A stretch of DNA of 63,662 nt, the filler included, from Stramenopiles sp. TOSAG23-3 (Eukaryota): the NCBI GenBank assembly GCA_900128585.1. It is 15 parts of 15 records of this genome, joined end to end, with 100 filler letters (N's around TTAATTAATTAA, not from the genome) between each part and the next. Parts side by side here need not be neighbours in the genome. Positions count along the whole stretch, not along the records: positions 1 to 4,167 come from LT643925.1; positions 4,268 to 8,433 come from LT643926.1; positions 8,534 to 12,693 come from LT643927.1; 12 more parts are not named here. One strand, written 5' to 3'. How positions within the stretch are numbered: the first letter of the stretch is position 1; each line of letters starts with the position of its first letter. Below are positions 1 to 9,009 of this stretch, in pieces. Both the position numbers and the translations under genes were made by a program. The notes below the pieces were generated by a model, which did no database searches, was not told the origin of the DNA, and saw only the letters and a program-made list of their open reading frames with translations.

Positions 1-153
1 ACAAAATATATTGAAAAGAAAACGAGTAAGACATAGATGAATCCCTGAAGAATTGAGAAGGTTCATTAGGCAACGTATTATTAATATAGTCCCCGTTATT
101 CCCTGGGGGAAGTCGATTCGCTTGATTGTTTTCTATTTTACATACAGGATATC

Positions 154-3049
154 ATGGAGTGGTCATCGCCATGGAAGACACTGACAAGTGTCGTGGAGAG
201 CACGCAAAAGGCCCTGGACAAGTTGGAAGAGAGTGCGGATGCGACGTTCTTGGAAACGCCTGAAAGCAAATCAAACGATACCGGGAACAACGAGCGAACC
301 ATCTACCAAGCGAACACCCCAGTCGTGGCCGCCGACGGGAACGGGACCGGGCGGGGGATCCGAAGCAAGAAAACACCCGCGTCGAGCTCCAGCAGTGCAC
401 CCCCGCCGTCCCTCAAAATCAATGCAAAAAGCAGCAGTGACGGCGATAAATGGTGGATGGACGATAACACAAGCTCGATACGGCGGTCGTCCTCTTCGAC
501 GCCCAGCCCCACCGTCGCCTCGCCCGTTGTAGAAAATGACGGTTTCACAACCCCAAAGTCCGCGCCATTGTCGAGCACCACCCCCCCGTTGCCACCAAAG
601 TCGAGCGGGCAGCAAGTCGAAAAGCTACGAATAAACCTGAAAAAGGCGATCGCGGCGGCAAAGGACGCGCGCGCCCAAAAGCGCGCGCTGGCAGACGAGC
701 TGAAGATCATTTCCCAGAGCAAAGTTCCCCTGGAAAAACGAATAAAAGAATTAGTAAAAATGAATAGCGACACGGAGCGATCGAACGTTGTAATTGCAAA
801 GGAGCGTGATGCTCTCCGGGAGGAAAACGGTCGATCGAACGAGAGGATCCTGGAGCTGGAAGCGACGATCAAGCAGCTGCAGCAGTCGGCGATAAGGAAC
901 GAGGGCATCGAAGCGAGCCAAACCCAAACAGAACCAAACGAAATCCAAACAAAGACCCAGAATCAGGCTGAAGGCGTGCCAGAGGTGGGGCCGGAAACGC
1001 CCGATCCCGGAACATCAGACGCGACTGCCCCAGTGACGGCACTGAACGAAACCATCGACGCGCTGAACGCCAAAGTGTCCGAGTACGAAACGGGACAGGC
1101 CGAGCACAACGCGACGATGACCTCCGTACAGGAAACGCTGACAAAGCGAGAGTCCCAGCTGGAGCAGGCGGCCGTGCAAATGGCAGAATTGACGACAAAA
1201 GTAGAAACGTTAGAGGACGCTTGCGAGCGCTACCAGGGCGAGCTCGCGGATGCGCAAGCGCAGCTTGCGAGGACCATGAAGGCGTTGGAAGACGCGAACG
1301 CGCAGAACTTGGACGCGCGGCAGCTGCAGGCGGATTTGGAAGAGGAGGTAGAGAAGCGCTCGGCGCTCATGGAAGAGGGTATGGCGCTGTCAAAGAAGCA
1401 GGCAACGATGGAGACGCAGATACGGGAGTTGCAGTCGGCAGCCCATACGAGCAAGAACGCTGCCAACGAGGCAAAGGAAGAGAAGGACGCGATGGAACTG
1501 CAGTACAAAGCGATGCAGAAACGGCTGCAGGGCAACAATTTGAAAATGGCAGAGAGCGAGTCGGCGTCTTACAATGTCCAGCAAAGCCAAAAGTCCATGG
1601 AGAAGAAAATAAAATCTTGTGAAGGGAACATCAAAAAGTTGACGGCGGAGAGGGAGGAACTGAAAGGTGCTGTGTCCGATGCGCTGCAGAACCTGGCACG
1701 GGAAGCGGAGAAGGTGGCAGTTTTGAAGCAGGACATCGCGCGGTTGGAGGCGGAAAAAGACAAGGTCGAGTTGAACAGCAAGGAGTCGGGAAGCGCAGCG
1801 AAGGAATCCAGGGAGCGCGAAGACAAACTGTCGGCACAGGTGGAGACGTTGCAAAAGGCAGCCACCGACATGGTGAGCCTTGGCAACGACCGAGAGAAAC
1901 AGTTCCAGGCCAAAGTGCAGCTTATGCGAACGAAAGCAGAGTTGGCGGAGCAGCGGAACGAGGAGCTTATGCAGGAGGCAACGAACGCAACGAAGCCACT
2001 GCTTCGGCAAATCCGAAGCCTGCAGAAGCTGCACGATGACCGTGCGCTGTCGTGGGACAGCGCGGAGGCGCTTTTGACGGAGCGGTTGGCGACGACAGAG
2101 GCCCAGCTCTCCCGTGCCAAGGAAGCAAAGAGGGCGGTCGAGAAGGACAAAGCGCGCGCAACCCAAAAGTTGTTGCTGGTGGAAGAAGAGCTGGCGCAGA
2201 GCAATGCGGACCTGGAGCAGGAAAGGGCCGCTCGGGCCGCGCTGGAAGAGGAAGCGAAGGAAACCAACCAACGACTTACCAAAGTGCAGGAGGGGCTTGC
2301 CTCCCACGCGCAAACCGTAGAGGGCTTGGAGACCACGGTCCACCGGCTAACCGTGGAGGCGTCGAGCGCAACGGGGACGTTGCATGCCGTGGAAATGGAG
2401 CGAGACTCTCTGGCCGAACAGCTGCGGCGTGCGGAAGGGGCCTTGAAGGAGCAGGTGGAACGACGGAACGAACTGGCCCAAATCCACGCCGCCGCTGCGT
2501 CGATCGCCGAGAGCGTCGTCGACAGCGAGGGGGGTAGGACGAGCGCCGCGGGGAGTTTCAGTGGAGAGCCCAGATTGAGCGACAGCTCTTCGTTGCTTTC
2601 TTCGGTGCTGCTTGGGGGGGGGGGGGCCGGAAGATGCCACGGACGAGCCCGACGCCGACCTGGCCTTTATTGCAAAAAACAGCGGGAACAGCCTGCGAGT
2701 CCCAGTGAGCCGGTTGGAGCGGACGATGGCCCATCTCCGCCGTCAAATCCGGCAGCTTCGAGGCTCCATCAGGTCCCTGGAGAGCGACAGACGGGACATG
2801 GCAGAGAAAGTGTTGGAGCTCGAATCGGCGAAGCAAGCCCTTCATGATGCCCAGAAAAATGCGACGGCAGAGAAGCAGAAGCTCCAGGCGGTTACCCAGA
2901 AGCAGAATGTGCTTTTGGAACTTTTAGGGGAGAAAGAGGAGGCGATCGAATGTTTGGAGGATAACATAGCGACAATGAAGACCATGTACAGACAGCAGAC
3001 GACCGATTTGTTGACTCGGATTGAAACGCTGGAAGGGGGTGGACGGTGA
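154..3049 (+). CDS. TMF1: TATA element modulatory factor / golgin (TMF1/Sgm1-like); apparent +1 frameshift at G13 run 2614-2626
   Basis: Long coiled coil with LMEEGMALSKKQ and ATKPLLRQIRSLQ motifs. The C-terminal TMF-type motif LLELLGEKEEAIECLEDNIATMKTMYRQQ lies in the next frame (ORF 2612-3049), joined across the G run. Confidence 0.8.
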
Positions 3050-3293
3050 CGAGGAGGAGGGTAAGCGGGTTCTGGTGAAATAAAACATTTCAATCGAGAG
3101 TATTTGTTTTGTACTACTACACTTGGTTCAGTTCTTACGTAAGCGTATATCGTACTGCACTGATAAAACTGTAAAAATGCATCATAGTTGTAATTACAAT
3201 TTTCAGAACAGCCAATTTTCTTGTTTTTATTTTAATTACTCACCCGCCGCGCGTCTCCAATTTTAATAAAATATGCTTACTCCCCAATGGCAA

Positions 3294-4118
3294 TCATCCC
3301 TTTGTCAGCTCCTTCCGTGCTGCGACAACAATCCCCATGCTTGAACTTCCTTTGAACTCACCAGGGAACCGCCCAGGACTAATTTCTGTCACGTCAAACT
3401 GTTCTTTGAAGATTTTCCAAAACGTGGACTCGGACTCTTGGCGACGTTTGTAGGAAATGATTATGTTCAGGCCAGGGTTTACGTCGGAAAAGTGGACGAA
3501 CGTTTGGAGCAAGGCCTCGTACGCCTCGGCGTACGGGCAAGCGACGACATCCGAGGCAATGATGACATCAAACCGCAAATCGTCGCCCAAGGCTGCATAA
3601 TCATCCTTGCAGTCCCACAGAAGCCGTCGAACCTTCAACTTTCTAATCTCCCGTGCATTCAGGTTTGCCTCCGCGTTTTCGCGTATCAATTCGAGCAGGG
3701 TCCCGTCTCCGTCCGTTGCGAAGACTTCCTTTGCCCCGGACAGGACGCACCCGACCCCCCCCAATCCCAACCCACACCCGAGTTCCAGCACACGCTTTCC
3801 TTCCACGTACCCCTTACCACCATACTCGTTCGTCTCAAGAAATGCCGTTAACAGAATACACGCCGGGTAAATAGACGCTCCAAACCCAATGTCGCTCCCC
3901 CCTTTCCCGTCCGGTTTCCACCGCTGCCGAAACTTCATGTCTTTCCCAAACAGCGTGATTACCCTTACGTCAATCTTCAAAGCCTCCGACCAGTTCGCCT
4001 CATGCTTGAACACAACTATTGCCATGGGAACGAAGTGTAATGAAGCAATGCCACAACACTCCAGTGCAAGCTGGTTCCATGGAACTTTGAACAATTCCTT
4101 ATTGTCTCGTCCAACCAT
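3294..4118 (-). CDS. METTL21/Methyltransf_16-family protein-lysine methyltransferase
   Basis: GASIYPACILL, SAM-binding VLELGCGLGLGG, ATDGD, and FDVIIASDVV motifs. An alternative start lies at 4025. Confidence 0.85.
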   Translation of the reverse strand: MVGRDNKELFKVPWNQLALECCGIASLHFVPMAIVVFKHEANWSEALKIDVRVITLFGKDMKFRQRWKPDGKGGSDIGFGASIYPACILLTAFLETNEYGGKGYVEGKRVLELGCGLGLGGVGCVLSGAKEVFATDGDGTLLELIRENAEANLNAREIRKLKVRRLLWDCKDDYAALGDDLRFDVIIASDVVACPYAEAYEALLQTFVHFSDVNPGLNIIISYKRRQESESTFWKIFKEQFDVTEISPGRFPGEFKGSSSMGIVVAARKELTKG

Positions 4119-4167
4119 CGTCTAGATAAATAATGCCCGTCTGTTCTTTTTGTACATATATATATAT

Positions 4168-4267
4168 NNNNNNNNNNNNNNNNNNNNNNNNNNNNNNNNN
4201 NNNNNNNNNNNTTAATTAATTAANNNNNNNNNNNNNNNNNNNNNNNNNNNNNNNNNNNNNNNNNNNN
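4168..4267. other. Artificial 100-nt contig spacer. Repeated at 8434, 12694, 16954, 21212, 25464, 29715, 33966, 38216, 42464, 46710, 50955, 55197 and 59430.
   Basis: Identical N44-TTAATTAATTAA-N44 linker with stops in all six frames; contig sizes never increase along the window. Confidence 0.99.
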
Positions 4268-4706
4268 CGGTACACCTTCTGCATCAAAATGCGTCCATGG
4301 CGTCTTCAACAGTTATCGACCCAGCGACGAAGAAGGAATATTTCACCAATTATTATTAATCAAACTCTGTATCTCTATCTAGATCTATATGATATTATTA
4401 TCGCATTTTAGACTAATGAGTATTACCAAGGCACCAATCGGATTATTATTTGTTCCCACAAGAAGAAATTATTTATAGTACAAATTGGACCTGCACCAAT
4501 GCAAATATTCATAATTAGTACACAAATTATATTTTCAACCTTGACCTGCCGAACCAACGAATCGGGGGCAACATTTTTCTTCAAGATTCTTTGAACTGTG
4601 TCGCCAACAGCTTAGTGTACGTGCGTGTGCATTGCTAGCATTTATTTGTACAAGCCTCTGCTTCACCGTGCACGTTTATAAGTCTTCGTATTTTTCCGAT
4701 TGAATA

Positions 4707-5163
4707 ATGGGGGGGGGGTGCATCGACACCGCAGCTGTATGGGATAAATTTGCACTTATACGACTTAGTAAAGCGTGATTCGCTTGGTGGTCTGCTGGGC
4801 CATTTGACGGGCATCCATGCGCTGCACTCTGGGGTGGAATTTTTCAAGGCAAAGTTAGATAGGGACGGCAACGTGGTTGCAAAAAAGCAAGGGACAGAGT
4901 ACGCGTTTGGGTCCAGAGGTGTTTGGACGCAGAAGCCAAAAGTGGCACCCAGTTTTGAGAACGAGCGACAAGAAGACGGCAACCCTCTCGGTTTGCAATG
5001 TACATATAAAGAAACTGTAGTTATAGGAGGGTTTGAAATGAAACCAAGAGGAGGAGTGCTTCGCCTGATCGTAATCGGCTGGGCGCTGTGGGGAATGGGG
5101 CCCGGTGTTGATGTGGTTCAATTAGTATTAAGAGGTAATTTAAAAATGCAAGTGTGTAAATAG
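4707..5163 (+). pseudogene. PPPDE/DeSI-family deubiquitinase/desumoylase, frameshifted and lacking the catalytic-Cys motif
   Basis: LHLYDL...GIHALHSGVEF...EYAFG.GVW...P...YKETVVIG matches the PPPDE N-half. ATG 4707 gives MGGGAST (myristoylation-like) only if one G is removed from the run at 4709-4718. No NCNxF motif precedes the stop. Confidence 0.6.
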
Positions 5164-5306
5164 TGGACGTAAAATAAGTATCTAATTAGTAGTAAGAGGC
5201 AATGTAACAATGCAAGTTTTTCTGGTTGCACTGGTACGTTACAGTGAACCTTTTGTAATTGTCCAGGTGTTCTTCCAAAATTGCCGAAACTTTCGCGAAG
5301 TGGGGC

Positions 5307-6554
5307 TTACTTTTTGCAAACTCCAGCGGGGACTCTTTCGTCTTTCCCTCGTTTTCCGTCTGTGCCTAGCCAATCCTTCCAGCCTGCCCAGCCTTCTCTA
5401 GCGTACTTTTGATTAGGGTTCGTAGGGAGCTGCGGTGGAAGCCGCTTACTTTTGCTCCGTGCCTTCCACTCTCTCACGGTGCGAATTTCCAGCTTCCTAG
5501 CGCGCGTGCGGGCGGCGTCAAACGCTAAAACGTCTATGCCTAGCCAATCCTTCCAGCCTGCCCAGCCTTCTCTAGCGTACTTTTGATTAGGGTTCGAAGG
5601 GAGCTGCGGTGGAAGCCGCTTACTTTTGCTCCGTGCCCTCCACTCTCTCATGGTGCGAATTTCCAGCTTCCGAGCGCGCGTGCGGGCGGCGTCAAAAGCT
5701 AAAAATTCTGTGCCTAGCCAATCCTTCCAGCTTACCCAGCCTTCTCCAGCGTACTTTTGATTAGGGTTCGAAGGGATCTGCGGTGGACGCTCCGTACTTT
5801 TGCTCCATGTCTGCCACTCTGCCGCTGTGCCAATGTTCTGCTCCCGAGCGTACGTGCGGGCGGCTTCAAACGCTAAAAATTCTGCGCCTACCCGAGCAAG
5901 CGGTATACACTGATAACAACCATCGGCGGCGTCCTGTGGCAACATCGCGAGTTGATCTTTCACGAAGACGCATAACCTGCTGACAATGTCTTGGAAACCG
6001 TCGATGTTGGGTGTAATGTCGAATGACAGCCTCTTTTCGAACTCCGAAAAACCGTGAAGCAGGTACGCTAAAACCTGGGCCTTGGAGCTTGGATCCGCGT
6101 CCCCCCATCTCAAGCCTGGCATGGCACCCCAACGAGGCATAACGTCCGGCAACGACCTTTCCGCGCGAAACGCCTTCACGAGTTCCCTGGAGACAACTGC
6201 GAGCATTCGGTTGTCCCTCGGCGTCACCCAGAACAGGTTCCACTTCTTGTTGAGAAGAGTTCTCATCCCCGCAACGTCGTCACAGCCGAACTCGTTCATC
6301 AGCTCCGCGCCAAACCAACACTCAAGGTTGTGCTCGACTTGGAGATACTCCAAGGTTTCGCCAGTCACGTCGTTGTTCAGGACCACTCCCTGATCTGTGC
6401 GCTCCACAGAGGTATCGGGGAAGCTAGCCCAGCGCCCGGCCATTAACTTGCACTTGTCTTTCGCGGTGCCAAGTACGCCTCGGCAGTGGTAAGTCGATTC
6501 CCTCAGCATTCTAGCGAAGACCGTTGCCGCTGAGCGGCCCTTACGTTTCGTCAT
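5307..6554 (-). CDS. Protein with a putative HNH-like N-terminal domain and three 58-aa phage-integrase-type repeats (INT_rpt-like)
   Basis: Three copies of LAFxAART...W...SKS.R.P.QxPxNPNQKYA.EGW..WKDWLG. Upstream VEH..E...LN..WNL......N spacing. First ATG at 6554. Confidence 0.65.
   Translation of the reverse strand: MTKRKGRSAATVFARMLRESTYHCRGVLGTAKDKCKLMAGRWASFPDTSVERTDQGVVLNNDVTGETLEYLQVEHNLECWFGAELMNEFGCDDVAGMRTLLNKKWNLFWVTPRDNRMLAVVSRELVKAFRAERSLPDVMPRWGAMPGLRWGDADPSSKAQVLAYLLHGFSEFEKRLSFDITPNIDGFQDIVSRLCVFVKDQLAMLPQDAADGCYQCIPLARVGAEFLAFEAARTYAREQNIGTAAEWQTWSKSTERPPQIPSNPNQKYAGEGWVSWKDWLGTEFLAFDAARTRARKLEIRTMREWRARSKSKRLPPQLPSNPNQKYAREGWAGWKDWLGIDVLAFDAARTRARKLEIRTVREWKARSKSKRLPPQLPTNPNQKYAREGWAGWKDWLGTDGKRGKDERVPAGVCKK
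5363..5884. repeat. Coding tandem repeat, 3 x 174 bp
   Basis: TGCCTAGCCAATCCTTCCAGC recurs at 5363, 5537 and 5711. Confidence 0.95.
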
Positions 6555-6928
6555 CGCGCTGGTAACAAAAGTGGGACTGGGGGCAGGGGCAGGAACGAAC
6601 GAGCTGGTAGATGCAGAGATGCGGTTGATGCGCAAGAACCAGAGGACTCCAACAAAACGGTGGTAATGTTGACGACGACTGAGATTTGGCGAGGGGGCGG
6701 TGGTGGGCGGGACGATGGGGTTGTGATAAATCGGTACAAAAACATTACGGGGAAGGTCTGTTCACCAACTGTTTCAGAATTTCGGTTTCTACGCAACTGA
6801 CTGTCGCAGTAGTACACCAACGAACGCACCCGTTCTTTTTCTGGGCCTTGCCATTTCCCGCGTGGATGGAAAAAACATCCCTGGTGTCGTTCCAGTGCTG
6901 TGTGGGTATACTACCAGAGACTACTTCG

Positions 6929-7165
6929 TAAATGGAATGAATTCTTTTTTTTTGTTTTGCCCCTCCCCCGATGCTGTGAGCATGCTAATAAGAAACACAC
7001 TGAATTTTTTTTCTTCTTACTATTTTTTCTCTTTCTTTTCTTACTTCTTACTTACAGTCCTTACCACAGATTTGCTACCTTACTGTTAAATGGAATGAAT
7101 TCTTTTTTTTTTTGTTTTTACCCTCCCCCGATGCTGTGAGCATGCTAATAAGAAACAGACTGGAT
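6929..7165. repeat. Direct repeat of ~75 bp, two copies ~158 bp apart
   Basis: TAAATGGAATGAATTC(T)n...CCCTCCCCCGATGCTGTGAGCATGCTAATAAGAAACA at ~6929 and ~7087. Confidence 0.9.
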
Positions 7166-8092
7166 TTTTGTTTTCTTCTTATTATTTCATACGAAGCCAC
7201 CTATCTCTCCTAGCTGTGTCGTCCTTTGCCGTAATAAATAGAATAATGAGTTTTTTTTTATTTTTTTTATTTTTTTACCCTTTCCCATCATCATGGTCAT
7301 TTGGTCGCACAGGCCAGTTTCTGATCAGCACAAAAAAACGTTCTAAAGGTTTCGACGGCGTTTTCAACTCGTGGTGTATACGTCTTCGCCATGCATTCTC
7401 GCACCTTAATTGGAAATCGGAACATGACGTTATCGACGAGGTTTCGCGAGACATCTTCGCGGAGGACATTCTTCGCAACGACTAATACAGAGAATGGGGT
7501 CCGTCCTGTCGCCCTGAACTTAAGCGGTTCTCCTGTCGTTAGAGTTCCGAGTACACAGGGCTGAATTAGCTCAAACTTTGTCAGCGATTCATCCCGTCTT
7601 CAAAATCTCCTACCAGTTCCGTCTCGTAAAGATTGTCTCTCGGTGCGGGGAGGACAATGTCTTCGTGTGAACCATCGTCCGCCGCAGAACCATTCGCATG
7701 GCTTCGTCCCCCTCTTCCAACGGAACAGAAACGTCAAGTTCGTCTTTGCTAGTCTTTTTTTGGTATCACCGGCCGTTCCGTTCAGAGTATATCTCGCAAG
7801 CGAATTAATACTCAATGCAATGACACAAACTGCGTTCTTGAACTTCGTTACGCGTTTACAATCGCCGTCAAACTTCAACTTGAAACGTTCGTCTGAAATT
7901 TTATAAACTTCGGTATCCACCGCAGAACTGAAAATACTGTACTTTTAACAATGTCCTATATAATTTGGTATAGTGTAAAATAATAATAATAAATATAAAA
8001 ATAATAAATTTATTACAAAAAAACGGAGAAGAGTCGAACTACTGACCAGTTCGATTCTGTAATAAGGAAACGTTAGCTTGATTTCCGATATT

Positions 8093-8433
8093 TTAAAACT
8101 TTTGTGATGCTCTGTATCTAGTCAATAGGAAGGCACTAAAATTGCAGTAAGGAAACGCAAACTCAATTACAAATTGTTGTAATGCTTTGTATATATTCAA
8201 TATTAAGGCATTGGGTTTACAGGCAGTACCATTTAACTGGCAATAGCCTCGGTTAAGGGCGCGGCGGTTTTCAGATTTTGTCCACCCTAAACGCATGTGG
8301 GCTTTTCTGGTCTGCATTATTTACAGGCAAGAGCGTTCAACAGGCAATAGGCTATTTCTGGATTTAAGAGATCGAAAACGCAACTTTTTTGATATTATTC
8401 CCTTCTAATGTGGCAAGATTTGCATCTTTTTGT
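8093..8433 (-). pseudogene. Possible degraded Sel1-like repeat fragment
   Basis: ~105-bp periodic DNA similarity (tttacaggca at 8216 and 8320) encoding AYCLLNALACK and GYCQLNGTACK in different frames, with stops. Confidence 0.3.
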
Positions 8434-8533
8434 NNNNNNNNNNNNNNNNNNNNNNNNNNNNNNNNNNNNNNNNNNNNTTAATTAATTAANNNNNNNNNNN
8501 NNNNNNNNNNNNNNNNNNNNNNNNNNNNNNNNN

Positions 8534-8573
<40 letters not shown>

Positions 8574-8612
8574 GTCGAAAGAAAGAAAGAAAGAGTCGAA
8601 AGAAAGAAAGAG
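8534..8612. repeat. (GAAA)n microsatellite
   Basis: Direct reading. Confidence 0.95.
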
Positions 8613-9009
8613 GGTGTTTGCTTTCTTTGCTTAGCTTAGTTAATTGTTTTGCTTTTTCAAATTTGCTTTCTTCTTCTTTACAGCTTCATTTATTATGAGG
8701 CAGACGGTTTGGTTATTGTTGGTGCTGTCCTCCCATAATTATTATAATTATATTTTAATCATCTAAGAAAACAGAAACGACATAATAATTTAAACATAAT
8801 TTAAAAAAATAATAATTATTATTAATTATATATTATAAGGATGTCGGGAGAAAATATTGTTCTGCCGGTCGGTCGGGGATATTTTTTGGTCAAAAATTAA
8901 CTCAGCCACAATATTGCTGGTATTTTCTCGTTTTTCACACTTAAACGCGTTTATGCGTACATTTTTTTTGTCGTTGGTACTGTAAGGCATAAAGAGTATA
9001 AATAGAACC

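Noticed and set aside
3207-3228. Recurrent motif as a spliced-leader relic
   Set aside because: Only loose similarity to the dinoflagellate leader, and copies lie at 3' rather than 5' gene ends.
4212-4223. TTAATTAATTAA recurring every ~4.25 kb as a biological repeat, nanochromosome boundary or CRISPR-like array
   Set aside because: It is always centred in identical N runs between size-sorted contigs, so it is an artificial linker.
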